Below the pieces are notes generated by a model. The model saw nothing but the letters and a program-made list of their open reading frames with translations, was not told where the DNA came from and searched no databases. The position numbers and the translations under genes are program-made. Of a stretch of 64,000 nucleotides of DNA, positions 28,825 to 37,726 are shown piece by piece. The DNA comes from a virus (Duplodnaviria > Caudoviricetes): the IMG/VR virus record IMGVR_UViG_3300032216_001476, positions 1-64,000 of that record. The stretch is one strand, 5' to 3'. Within the stretch, counting starts at the first letter, position 1. Every line of letters starts with the position of its first letter.

Positions 28825-29049
28825 ATGAAACCATTAGTAATTTATGGCACAGCAATGTTCCTATTAACAACAGCAACTATTGTAATGACAACCGTAGTGA
28901 TAAAACAAGAATTCAATTTCGACCAAATAGTTGTTCTTGGATTATTGGGACTACTGGGTTACGGTGCAACAGCTATTTCTTTTTATATCAATAGTCTTGA
29001 TAACAAAAACAAAACTAAAAAACTTTTTAACGAACTAAAAACAAAATGA
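28825..29049 (+). CDS. Small two-TM membrane protein
   Basis: Two hydrophobic segments. Confidence 0.6.
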   Translation: MKPLVIYGTAMFLLTTATIVMTTVVIKQEFNFDQIVVLGLLGLLGYGATAISFYINSLDNKNKTKKLFNELKTK

Positions 29050-29393
29050 GTATGAGCAACCAAATGATCAACATGACTCCACATGCAGTAACAATTGTGG
29101 ACAACGAAGGTAACGTTGTAAAAACAATACCACCGTCTGGTCAACTTATTAGGTTGAAAGCTGCAACTATGCGTATGGAAAATAGATATAATATCTATTT
29201 TCCAGAAATTCCATTTTCACGTACAGTTTTTAGCTCACCTGAAGGTTTACAAGAGTATGACGTAAAGAAGTTTTATATTGTTTCACAACTTGTAAAGTCT
29301 GCACTACCAGATAGAGATGATTTACTTGTGCCTGCAGAGGTAGTAAGAGACAGTGAAGGTAATATAATAGGATGTAAGTCTCTAGGTATGTAA
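29046..29393 (+). CDS. NxTPH-motif protein, putative Crn4-like ring nuclease
   Basis: INMTPHAVTI...PPSG..IR...YIVS.LV...R.DLLVP...VRD..G.IIGCKSL. Confidence 0.5.
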   Translation: MSMSNQMINMTPHAVTIVDNEGNVVKTIPPSGQLIRLKAATMRMENRYNIYFPEIPFSRTVFSSPEGLQEYDVKKFYIVSQLVKSALPDRDDLLVPAEVVRDSEGNIIGCKSLGM

Positions 29394-29456
29394 TTTAAAT
29401 AGGTATGTATGTAATGTACATACCTATTTCTTTATTTAATCACCAAAAAAAAGATT

Positions 29457-29705
29457 ATGAGATACTTTTATATATTCTTATCTATATTTGTTATTAGTTG
29501 TAGTGAAGAAATAGAAAAAAAATCCTATGTCATAAAAAGAACTAAGTCAGTATCAACAAATTCTGTAAATTACGTTGTAATACCTTCTATTCTATATGAA
29601 GCAAAAGTATATAAAGAAGGTGATACTGTTTGGGTAAACACAACAACTCATAGAATAGACGATTCATCAGAAGAAATAACTCTATCAATAATACAAAAAG
29701 AATGA
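29457..29705 (+). CDS. Putative lipoprotein
   Basis: Signal ending FVISC; YKEGDTVWV. Confidence 0.55.
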   Translation: MRYFYIFLSIFVISCSEEIEKKSYVIKRTKSVSTNSVNYVVIPSILYEAKVYKEGDTVWVNTTTHRIDDSSEEITLSIIQKE

Positions 29706-29871
29706 AAAAGATTATCTTTCTAAACTACTGGCGTAGAATTAAAACAACTTTTACTTTTATAGATATACAGTATTTGTCTATAAATGATGAAAAGAATAAA
29801 AAAAAGATATTCTTCTTTTTCTTTGTATTACTAGGATTAGGTTTTCAATATCATCAAGAAAAAACAATAAA

Positions 29872-30060
29872 ATGAAATTAATTTTTTCAAGCAAAAAACA
29901 CACTAGAGGTGTAACGATTACAGTGGTAAACACAAAAGCTGCAATCAATTGTACTTATGAAAGTGCGAACTTGACAGAAAAAAAGGATAAGACTATCAAT
30001 TTTTTAACTGATAGTCCTAAAACCAAGGAAATCTTAGGAATTTTATATTTAGACATTTAA
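29872..30060 (+). CDS. Hypothetical protein
   Basis: Co-oriented ORF. Confidence 0.5.
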   Translation: MKLIFSSKKHTRGVTITVVNTKAAINCTYESANLTEKKDKTINFLTDSPKTKEILGILYLDI

Positions 30061-30071
30061 AAACAAAAAAA

Positions 30072-30329
30072 ATGGAACCAAAAGCAAATGCTCTCTTGTT
30101 GTTAGCTACAATGTTACCCATCGAAATTCATCTTGAAAAAGTTCAAGAAGCTATTACTGCCTACAATATTAATAGCAACCAAGAAAATGCAGATCTGTTG
30201 CGTATGACACTTCAAGGTGCTATGATATGGCTTATCAACGATGGTAAAATTGATAAAGCTATTAAAATGACTGAAGAAATTGAAAAGATTCAAAAAAATG
30301 AGAAACTTTTTAATATTGACAAAAATTAG
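30072..30329 (+). CDS. Hypothetical helical protein
   Basis: A-rich leader, followed by terminators. Confidence 0.65.
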   Translation: MEPKANALLLLATMLPIEIHLEKVQEAITAYNINSNQENADLLRMTLQGAMIWLINDGKIDKAIKMTEEIEKIQKNEKLFNIDKN

Positions 30330-30341
30330 TATTTGGTGATT

Positions 30342-30454
30342 AAGGACCCTGGAGATAATATCAAAGGGGTCCTTTTTATTTCAAAAAAAAGTGGCAAGCA
30401 ATCGTTAGAGGTAAAACAAAACCCTGGTGTTTCTACACTGGGGTTATTTTTTTT
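30342..30454 (+). terminator. Two tandem intrinsic terminators
   Basis: AAGGACCC/GGGTCCTT+T tract and ACCCTGGTGT-TTCT-ACACTGGGGT+T tract. Confidence 0.7.
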
Positions 30455-30474
30455 AATCAATTAATTCTTATAAT

Positions 30475-30924
30475 ATGCAAATGTTTCAAATAAAAAATCT
30501 TGATAATACAATTACAAATGTATCAGTACAATTAAGTAAGTATAGTAATGGAAGAACGCGTATAGATTTAATAGAAGAAAGCGAAGATGGTATATATCCA
30601 TATGCCACTTGTACTGTTAATATGCCAAATGTCCTTCTACAACCAGATGAAGTGTTAATCAAAGACTATTCTGAAAATCAGGGTATTCTTCACTTTCTCA
30701 CTTCTAATAACATAGTGGAAGAAACAGAGAATGGTATAAATACACAATTTACTTTTATACCTGTATGTAGACTACTTCCTGAATCTAAATGGGGTAGTGA
30801 AAAAGTAAAAGTTAATATGGATAATCTACCAAAAACTCAACTTTTTATTATAAAAGACTATAAGGTGTGGGCTAAAGATGAAGAAGAAGCCCAAAAATTA
30901 GTTACTTTTATTGAAAAAATATGA
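30475..30924 (+). CDS. DUF4313-like protein
   Basis: Y.NG...I.L...PYATCTVN...IKDYSENQGIL.FL. Confidence 0.55.
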   Translation: MQMFQIKNLDNTITNVSVQLSKYSNGRTRIDLIEESEDGIYPYATCTVNMPNVLLQPDEVLIKDYSENQGILHFLTSNNIVEETENGINTQFTFIPVCRLLPESKWGSEKVKVNMDNLPKTQLFIIKDYKVWAKDEEEAQKLVTFIEKI

Positions 30925-31130
30925 AAAAAAAGATCCAAATTAGAAGAAGGTATTATAGAAGAATGGTTAATAGAATGATTAGTTCTTCTCCTAAAAATGC
31001 TACATTCTTAGATATTAAACCTTCAGTTAATACAATCACAGCAGTAGAAAAACCAGGTTTTGATCAATGGATGAAAGAATTCAATGTATCATTACTACAT
31101 GGTAAAAACGTAAGACACTTTAATTTTTAA
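30921..31130 (+). CDS. Hypothetical protein
   Basis: ATGA overlap with upstream gene. Confidence 0.6.
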   Translation: MKKKIQIRRRYYRRMVNRMISSSPKNATFLDIKPSVNTITAVEKPGFDQWMKEFNVSLLHGKNVRHFNF

Positions 31131-31143
31131 TAAAAAAAACAAA

Positions 31144-31590
31144 ATGAAAGACACAATGAAGAAGTCTATTAATTTAGATGGAGTTAAGTTGCTTATTAAA
31201 ACTACCTATGCAGGTAGAAGAAGTGAAACACCCTTGTTTAGTGTTTCATCATCGGGTTATTCTTTCCTTAATATAAGTTTTGCAAACAAGTATTTCAAAA
31301 CTCATAAGTCCAAACTGTTTATTCAAGCAGTAAGTTATAAGAATATGTTTTATCTACTTATTAGTAAAACTAAGAAGCAAGGATATTACAGTCTTACTAA
31401 CAATCCTAATGGTGGTTATGCTGCCAAAATCAAAGGATTATCTGTTACTTTTGGTAAAAAAGGTATCACCACAAGGTACACTGTACAAATGGTTGATACA
31501 ACAGATAAGACTATTAAAGCATTTCAAATTAAAAATGCTGCTGAAGACTTGTTTGTGACAAAAGAAAAAACTGATTTTGAAACTGCTTAA
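31144..31590 (+). CDS. Hypothetical basic protein
   Basis: ORF with A-rich leader. Confidence 0.65.
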   Translation: MKDTMKKSINLDGVKLLIKTTYAGRRSETPLFSVSSSGYSFLNISFANKYFKTHKSKLFIQAVSYKNMFYLLISKTKKQGYYSLTNNPNGGYAAKIKGLSVTFGKKGITTRYTVQMVDTTDKTIKAFQIKNAAEDLFVTKEKTDFETA

Positions 31591-31600
31591 AATTTAAAAA

Positions 31601-31762
31601 ATGGATTTAAAGTTGAAAGAACGTAGAGAACGTGTTATTGCTCGTTTGAAAGAGCAACTTAAGAAAGGTGTAAAAACAAATAAAGATCTTACATTAGATC
31701 TCACACCTACAGATGTTGCAAGAATCAATAAGGAAATAGAAATTTTAAGTCAGAGAGTTTAA
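31601..31762 (+). CDS. 53-aa hypothetical protein
   Basis: Manual translation MDLKLKERRERVIARLKEQLKKGVK...RINKEIEILSQRV. Confidence 0.65.
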   Translation: MDLKLKERRERVIARLKEQLKKGVKTNKDLTLDLTPTDVARINKEIEILSQRV

Positions 31763-31767
31763 AATTA

Positions 31768-31915
31768 TTACATTTGATGTTGAGAGCCATATTTGTATTA
31801 ACCGACAAAAGGGATGGTATAACTTAGTAAACAGTATAATTAGTACTAGTTATACAGTTGAAAAGTATGAATTCCCCTAAGCAACTTAGAGAATATGTCC
31901 TCAACATAAATGTAA
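31768..31915 (+). ncRNA. Candidate multi-stem ncRNA
   Basis: TTACATTT-G-ATGTTGAG/CTCAACAT-AAATGTAA closing helix with internal stems. Confidence 0.5.
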
Positions 31916-31920
31916 ATAAC

Positions 31921-32033
31921 AGTACATTTGTAAATAAAGAAAAGAAGTAGATAATACCACTACATTTCTCCCAATAGTCAATAAGTGAAGAACATTATAG
32001 ACTATAGTTGTATCTGGTTTTTACATATGTACT
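31921..32033 (+). ncRNA. Candidate multi-stem ncRNA directly before tRNA
   Basis: AGTACATTTGTAAA/TTTACATATGTACT closing helix. Confidence 0.45.
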
Positions 32034-32036
32034 AAT

Positions 32037-32111
32037 GGACCCTTAGCTCAGTTGGTTAGTAGCACCTGACTCATAATCAGGGGGTCGTAGGTTCAAATCC
32101 TACAGGGTCCA
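32037..32111 (+). tRNA. tRNA CAU anticodon, most like Ile2 (lysidine-type)
   Basis: GGACCCT/AGGGTCC, CCTGA-CTCATAA-TCAGG, GTAGG-TTCAAAT-CCTAC; paired G1-C72 excludes initiator Met. Confidence 0.88.
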
Positions 32112-32157
32112 CATTTTAAACTAACAATTAATTTTAAATTATATAAAAAAAAATAAA

Positions 32158-32565
32158 ATGAATATTAAAAAACTTTCTTTTATAAAAGAAAATGATATTT
32201 GGTATGCTGACCTTCCTGAATTTTTAGAAGCAGGTCTTGGTACAAAAGCTAATTTAATGATGGTAGATGGAGCAGATACATTTTTAGATATTTTATCTAA
32301 GAATGGAGATTCTATTACTTTAAATATTTCAGATGAAGTTTTTGATGGTTATCAAAGTAGTATGAAAAAAATTAAAAAAGGATTAAATGCTCAATTATTA
32401 GAACTTGTAGGTCATGCTAAAGTTGACTACGGTGCATATTATAATGTTTTAGAACATAATAATCAATCATTTAATCATAAATTGTGGCTATGTCCTGTAA
32501 CAGAATATGTATTTGGATATTATCCAGATAATATTTATGTATCAATTATTAAACTACAGTCATAA
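32158..32565 (+). CDS. DUF6717-like protein
   Basis: WYADLPE...MVDGADTFLD...LWLCPVT.YVFG.YP..IY. Confidence 0.6.
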   Translation: MNIKKLSFIKENDIWYADLPEFLEAGLGTKANLMMVDGADTFLDILSKNGDSITLNISDEVFDGYQSSMKKIKKGLNAQLLELVGHAKVDYGAYYNVLEHNNQSFNHKLWLCPVTEYVFGYYPDNIYVSIIKLQS

Positions 32566-32579
32566 ACAAAAACACCATA

Positions 32580-32662
32580 ACAGTTTTTGGGGTAACTATA
32601 CATCTTTATCAAGTGATAAAAAAACCTTAAAGTATAGTCGTTGTGTTGGTGACACAAACTGT
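32580..32662 (+). ncRNA. Candidate structured RNA
   Basis: ACAGTTT/AAACTGT enclosing CTATAC/GTATAG and TGTGT/ACACA stems. Confidence 0.4.
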
Positions 32663-32693
32663 AGTTTTTTTAAACAATATTAATTAAATAAAA

Positions 32694-32906
32694 ATGAGAC
32701 ATCCAAACCAAAGAAATGTTGTAAGTTTTATGATTGTAAATGGTAAAAAAGGAGATACATTTTACACTCATAAAAAAAACAAAGATGTAACCGCTATTGC
32801 TTCTTATTATGATAGAGAAGTTACCACTACAAGAGTTATTAATCTTGAAGGTAACTTTAATAAACCTATAGTTAAAACATTAACAAAAGTAATTATTAAA
32901 AAATAA
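32694..32906 (+). CDS. Hypothetical protein
   Basis: A-rich leader. Confidence 0.6.
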   Translation: MRHPNQRNVVSFMIVNGKKGDTFYTHKKNKDVTAIASYYDREVTTTRVINLEGNFNKPIVKTLTKVIIKK

Positions 32907-32915
32907 ACAACAATT

Positions 32916-33167
32916 ATGTACAGAGAACCAGTAACAGCAAGAGAAAGAGAAATTCCACAGGAAGTTATGCCAGAGTACAAAAGACCTAAACAAGAAGTTC
33001 TTAGTGATTACCCCATTACTATTAGATTTTTATCTATAGGATGTATTGTTGAAGTGGGGTGTAAGAGTATTCCATTTACTAGTATAGTTGATGCTATGAG
33101 AGAGGTTAATGAATATGTAGAAAATCCTCATGAAGCTCAAGAGAAATGGAGAAGGATTTTGTCTTAA
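32916..33167 (+). CDS. Hypothetical protein
   Basis: GCIVEVGCKSIPF motif. Confidence 0.65.
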   Translation: MYREPVTAREREIPQEVMPEYKRPKQEVLSDYPITIRFLSIGCIVEVGCKSIPFTSIVDAMREVNEYVENPHEAQEKWRRILS

Positions 33168-33175
33168 CAAAATAT

Positions 33176-33312
33176 TAGTCAGGTGGCGGAAGGATAGGGG
33201 TTTCCCCTGTCGTGGTAGAAGCAATAGATGGTTATAGCACTATGGGTAAAAAACACAATGCGTGTGGTCACTATAATGACAGCCCTTGGAGGTTCAAACC
33301 CTCCCCTAACTA
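33176..33312 (+). ncRNA. tRNA-like RNA with D-loop and variable-region insertions
   Basis: TAGTCAGG/CCTAACTA acceptor, TGGCGGAA..TGGTAGA D elements, GGAGG-TTCAAAC-CCTCC T arm. Confidence 0.65.
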
Positions 33313-33447
33313 CACGTTCTACTTAATCAATAGATAGTTCATCCCTGAATGATAAGAAATGGTGTGATAACCATATGGGTCAGTTCACCCTAAATGGAGC
33401 AATAAAGGGTACGGTTAACTGCCGTGAGATAATATCAACAAAAGTTT

Positions 33448-33578
33448 ATAAGAGAAGTGGTTGAAGCTGTTAATTAGCACACCACTGATAAAGGTGACTA
33501 TACTGAACAAGGGTTTGTAGTAGGTATAGATAAAATCAGGCTAATCAGAAATCCTGAAAGACCCACAGCTTCTCTTAT
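33448..33578 (+). ncRNA. Candidate pseudoknotted multi-stem ncRNA
   Basis: ATAAGAGAAG/CTTCTCTTAT closing helix, three hairpins, loop GGGTTT complementary to AGACCC. Confidence 0.5.
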
Positions 33579-33801
33579 TTACATGCCATAGAGATTTTTA
33601 AATCTCCTACTTACTTACGATAAGGAAGGTTATGGTAGGTAACAGCATATAGTAGTGACGCTGTTAATTTTTAAATTAATAAATTATAATAAAATGAAAA
33701 GTATAGTTTTTTTATTATCTTTCCTAATAGGAATTATTAGTTTTATAGTAACGTATCCATTTATCTATTTATTTAAATTATTAAAAAGATAAATCAATTA
33801 A

Positions 33802-33887
33802 ACCTTGGTGGTGGAATTGGTAGACACGCAAGACTTAAAATCTTGTAACCAGAAATGGTTGTACGGGTTCGATTCCCGTCTAAGGTA
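33802..33887 (+). tRNA. tRNA-Leu(UAA)
   Basis: Canonical class II cloverleaf, CAAGA-CTTAAAA-TCTTG, A73. Confidence 0.95.
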
Positions 33888-33893
33888 CTAATG

Positions 33894-33928
33894 ATAACCT
33901 GGTATATAATTACCAGGTTATTTTTTTT
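33894..33928 (+). terminator. Intrinsic terminator after tRNA-Leu
   Basis: ATAACCTGGTA/TACCAGGTTAT plus T tract. Confidence 0.8.
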
Positions 33929-33943
33929 AACTAAATTTATTTT

Positions 33944-34243
33944 ATGAAATTTTATCTACTTGATGGTGATAAAAAACCATACAATGTAACTTTAGAAGAA
34001 AGTTATAAATTATATGACAATCCTGAAATGAAAATTACTAAACAGGAATATATTGGTAATATCTTAGTATCAACAGTATTTTTAGGAACTGATCACAGTT
34101 TTGGAGAATCAGAAATTCCTGTATTATGGGAAACTATGGTATTTGGAGGACATTATAATGAATATCAAAGAAGATATACATCACATGAAGATGCACTAAA
34201 AGGTCATAATGAAATTATTAATATGATTAATCCAAGAAACTAA
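33944..34243 (+). CDS. Hypothetical phage protein
   Basis: VSTVFLG.DH.F...WETMVFGG...RY motif. Confidence 0.7.
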   Translation: MKFYLLDGDKKPYNVTLEESYKLYDNPEMKITKQEYIGNILVSTVFLGTDHSFGESEIPVLWETMVFGGHYNEYQRRYTSHEDALKGHNEIINMINPRN

Positions 34244-34246
34244 CAT

Positions 34247-34489
34247 ATGACACCAAAAGAGAAAGCACTAGAACTATGGTGGACCTACTACTCTAGGATT
34301 GAACACACACTTTCTGAAGAGTATTCTTCTTATGAGAAAGACATTACAAAAAAGTTAGCTGTTATTGCAGTTGATGAGATTATTAACACTCTAAACTTTG
34401 ATATTAGAGATTTAGATGTTAGAGGTAGTGTTTTACTAGATCTAATCCAATATTGGAGAGATGTTAAACAAGAAATAGAAAAATTGTAA
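34247..34489 (+). CDS. Hypothetical phage protein
   Basis: MTPKEKA.EL...IAVDEII...YW.DVKQEIEKL family. Confidence 0.7.
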   Translation: MTPKEKALELWWTYYSRIEHTLSEEYSSYEKDITKKLAVIAVDEIINTLNFDIRDLDVRGSVLLDLIQYWRDVKQEIEKL

Positions 34490-34505
34490 ATCAAAAAATC
34501 AAAAA

Positions 34506-34700
34506 ATGACTTATTTATTTCAAGTTACAATCAAACCAGAAATTAATGGTATTGAATTACCAACAACAACATTTTCAAGTGAAAACTCATTTGATCACTG
34601 CTATGAGAAAATTGATAACTTTTTTAAAAAGAAAGCAAAACCTGAAGACAAAAGAGTCTATGAGGTAATACACACAAGTACACAAACATTTAATGATTAA
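34506..34700 (+). CDS. Hypothetical protein
   Basis: A-rich leader. Confidence 0.55.
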   Translation: MTYLFQVTIKPEINGIELPTTTFSSENSFDHCYEKIDNFFKKKAKPEDKRVYEVIHTSTQTFND

Positions 34701-34791
34701 AAACTATGAGCACAACAACATTTGGATTTTTATGGTTAATTGCTATGGCAGCAGTAGTATTAGTTGTATATAACTTAAAAAGAAATAACTA

Positions 34792-35109
34792 ATGGAACCT
34801 AGTTATATAGTTATTGATGATGAAAGTGACTATCATTATGATATATTCATAAATGAAACTGATAAAGGCACTGAATATAAAATATGTACAACAGGTGCCA
34901 AACATTATAATTCTCATGCAAGAAGAGAAGTTTTATTATGTTTATTAGATGATGGCAATGGTTATAAAATAACAGAAGGTAAAATTTCAAACAGAATAGA
35001 TTATAGTCAAATAGTAGAGTTAAATGTACTTCTAAAGACTATTTTCATGCATGAAAAAAACATATCTTCTGGTAAAATTATACCTACAGAGAAATCTATA
35101 AAATACTAA
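34792..35109 (+). CDS. Hypothetical protein
   Basis: DDGNG motif, co-oriented. Confidence 0.6.
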   Translation: MEPSYIVIDDESDYHYDIFINETDKGTEYKICTTGAKHYNSHARREVLLCLLDDGNGYKITEGKISNRIDYSQIVELNVLLKTIFMHEKNISSGKIIPTEKSIKY

Positions 35110-35119
35110 AAATTAAAAA

Positions 35120-35656
35120 ATGAATGAGCATTTTAATGACATGAAAGAGTATTATTTAAATTATACTAAAGAATCTCTTATCAAAGATGGGTATATAGTT
35201 CCAAGTTTTGCAATTTTTGCATATAAAACATCTGATAACTTTCCTGCTATGATACAAATGCCTATTCCTGGTAGTTTTCTTGAGTCTGATGAGTCTAAAG
35301 AAAACTTCATTAATAACGTATTTCCATTAATGGCAGAACAAGTTAGAAAAGAATTTAAACCTTTTGCAATATTGTGGTCATCAGAAGCATATTTTAGAGA
35401 AACAAGTGCTGATTTTGATCTTGAAAAAAATGATTTTAGAGATATTCCTATTAAAAAGGAAATATTAATAATCACTATCGATACTGCAGAAAACAATGAG
35501 GTTAAATTGTATGATATCAAAAGAAATGGTATGACTGTCAATAATGAAGGACTTGTTGATAGTATAGAAATTTCTGTAATGGAAGAAGAAGTAAATTCTT
35601 CAGATTTTTCAGGTAGATTTTCTAATCTTTATAAAAAACTAATGGGTGAATTATGA
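35120..35656 (+). CDS. Hypothetical protein
   Basis: 178-aa ORF with A-rich leader. Confidence 0.7.
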   Translation: MNEHFNDMKEYYLNYTKESLIKDGYIVPSFAIFAYKTSDNFPAMIQMPIPGSFLESDESKENFINNVFPLMAEQVRKEFKPFAILWSSEAYFRETSADFDLEKNDFRDIPIKKEILIITIDTAENNEVKLYDIKRNGMTVNNEGLVDSIEISVMEEEVNSSDFSGRFSNLYKKLMGEL

Positions 35657-35803
35657 TTGAATGGATTAAAAAATTATTGTACAGTAAAAAAGTAGACGAA
35701 TTAAAGAAAGAGAACTTAGAATTAAAGAAAAAAATATTAGAGAAACAAGAGCAGATTAATAAAACAAATGCTTATTGGAAAAAGAGATTTTATAGTAAAA
35801 ATA

Positions 35804-35821
35804 TATAGCTCTATTATCCAT
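35804..35821. promoter_or_regulatory. 18-bp operator-like motif, copy 3 (inverted)
   Basis: Reverse complement ATGGATAATAGAGCTATA. Confidence 0.55.
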
Positions 35822-35882
35822 GTTATTTTCTAAATTATTTTGAAATCTGTAAGTATAAGATTAGTTTTAATTATATAAAAAC

Positions 35883-36149
35883 TTGCTTATGCTTTATCAA
35901 TTACCTAATGGAAAGGTAATAGAGATGAGTACAGAGCAGTTCATTGAAATGTCAGATGAAGAACTTGAATATCTAATTGCTTATAATTATGGAGATGTGC
36001 AAGAAAACCCTTGGTTTGGTTCCATACTTGATAAACAAGATAAAACAGAACTATCAGATGCCTTCACAGAACTACCTCCAGACTTAACAGACGTACCTCC
36101 TATCGAAAAAATATCCGATTTAGACATAGATTATGAAGAAAACGAATAA
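35883..36149 (+). CDS. Acidic hypothetical protein
   Basis: YQLPNGKVI.MS.EQF..MSDEEL; followed by terminator 36174-36198; start may be ATG 35889. Confidence 0.7.
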   Translation: MLMLYQLPNGKVIEMSTEQFIEMSDEELEYLIAYNYGDVQENPWFGSILDKQDKTELSDAFTELPPDLTDVPPIEKISDLDIDYEENE

Positions 36150-36230
36150 ACCTTTATAATTTATAACATCTTGACCCTCTAAACTTAGAGGGTTTTTTAT
36201 TTTATAACATTCATTAAAAAATCAAAAAAA

Positions 36231-36713
36231 ATGAAAACAGTAATCTCAAAATCAAACGTGTATGTATCTGCAGACGAAACAGGAAACATTGTAAGAGTAT
36301 TTGAAGGTAATCCAGAGTATGGATATATCTCTATTAAACAATCTGTGCAATCTATTAATGCTGATGGTTGGGTTAGTAATCAAATTAGAAGTTGTCAAAT
36401 AAAAGGTAAAGTGGAAGATTTAGTTACATTTAACTACAAAGATGGTCAAGTACTTCCTGGTCATATTGTAATTAAGGAAGCTCTCACACCTTTTAATCAA
36501 AATAACCCTTCAGCCAATCTTAAAATTGCAGGTAGTACAGGTGTTATTTGTAGAGTTGATGATGAACCTATTTATCGTCAGTCTGTATATACTACAGATG
36601 TGAATATGAGTGATGAACTTATTGATCATACAAATTCTGAAGAAATTAAAGAAGCTTTGAATGCTCAAAAAGAACTCATAAAAATGGGTATATTTTCACA
36701 AACTACTCTCTAA
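36231..36713 (+). CDS. Conserved hypothetical protein (possible OB-fold ssDNA binding)
   Basis: Beta-rich, flanked by terminators. Confidence 0.5.
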   Translation: MKTVISKSNVYVSADETGNIVRVFEGNPEYGYISIKQSVQSINADGWVSNQIRSCQIKGKVEDLVTFNYKDGQVLPGHIVIKEALTPFNQNNPSANLKIAGSTGVICRVDDEPIYRQSVYTTDVNMSDELIDHTNSEEIKEALNAQKELIKMGIFSQTTL

Positions 36714-36801
36714 CTCTTATTTCTAAATTATAAAGGGGGAACTTAACAACTTCCCCCTTTATTATAACACCTTTGTATAAATCTTTTAAAAATCTAATTT
36801 T

Positions 36802-37329
36802 ATGTATTATAATCCAAACAAAACTATAGCAGCAAACGAAAAAGGTATAATCATATCTTACAGAGATATGAATAAAGACAAATGGATTCCCTATGAACAT
36901 AAACAATTCACAAAGGTTTTTTCTCAAACTGATATTAAAAAAAGCAAATATCAAAACAATGAAATTCAATTCAATTTTAAACAACATAAACTATATTGTG
37001 AAGCACTTTATGGTTTAGATGCTTATACAAAAGAAGAAGTAGAAAAAATGCCTCAAAGTTTAAGGAACACAATTATTGTAATGTACAATAAAGCACAAAG
37101 AATACTTAATAATTTGAAGCAAGAAGTAAGTAATAAAGGTGTTGATAATTTGATGTCTATTCTATTTCCTCATTCTTCTTTTGTAAAAGAGTTTGTTAAA
37201 GTAAATGGATATGATCCAACTACTAAAAACTTATCTTCGTTTAGAGAATTGAAAATAACAAAAGAAATGATTGCTAAAGAGTTTGTAAAATTTAGGATAT
37301 TGCCATTAGATTTTTTTAGTATTACATAA
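36802..37329 (+). CDS. Hypothetical protein
   Basis: 175-aa ORF. Confidence 0.65.
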   Translation: MYYNPNKTIAANEKGIIISYRDMNKDKWIPYEHKQFTKVFSQTDIKKSKYQNNEIQFNFKQHKLYCEALYGLDAYTKEEVEKMPQSLRNTIIVMYNKAQRILNNLKQEVSNKGVDNLMSILFPHSSFVKEFVKVNGYDPTTKNLSSFRELKITKEMIAKEFVKFRILPLDFFSIT

Positions 37330-37337
37330 AAACAAAA

Positions 37338-37721
37338 ATGCAAGCAAAACAAAAAATATGTGCTGGTTGTAACCAACCAAAGTACATTTGGAAATCACAT
37401 GGAAAAGAAAAATATTGTAAAGAATGTTGGTATAATATTGAAAAACCAAAATCAATCCCTAAAATTAGTGAGAAAATGAAAGACATAAGAGAAGAATACA
37501 CTAAAAAAAGGATTGCTTTTTTATCCATGTTTCCTAATTGTCAAGCTAAACTTGTTGATTGTACCCATAAGTCAACCGATGTACATCATAAAGCTGGTCG
37601 TGGAGAAAATCATAATAAGATTTCTACATGGCTGGCTGTATGTCGGTCTTGTCATACATGGATAGAAGAACATCCACAAGAAGCTAAAGAATTAGGGTTT
37701 TCTGATAATCGTTTAATTTAA
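37338..37721 (+). CDS. Zn-finger HNH-like endonuclease
   Basis: CAGC..CKEC; CQ...C...STDVHHK.GR...LAVCRSCH.WIE. Confidence 0.75.
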   Translation: MQAKQKICAGCNQPKYIWKSHGKEKYCKECWYNIEKPKSIPKISEKMKDIREEYTKKRIAFLSMFPNCQAKLVDCTHKSTDVHHKAGRGENHNKISTWLAVCRSCHTWIEEHPQEAKELGFSDNRLI

Positions 37722-37726
37722 AAAAT

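Noticed and set aside
26545-33900. CRISPR mini-array or hammerhead/HDV-like ribozymes among the ncRNA modules
   Set aside because: No repeat-spacer periodicity; CTGATCA (27361) and CTGATAA (33485) deviate from the CUGANGA core and lack the correct stem context; no convincing HDV-like fold after the tRNAs
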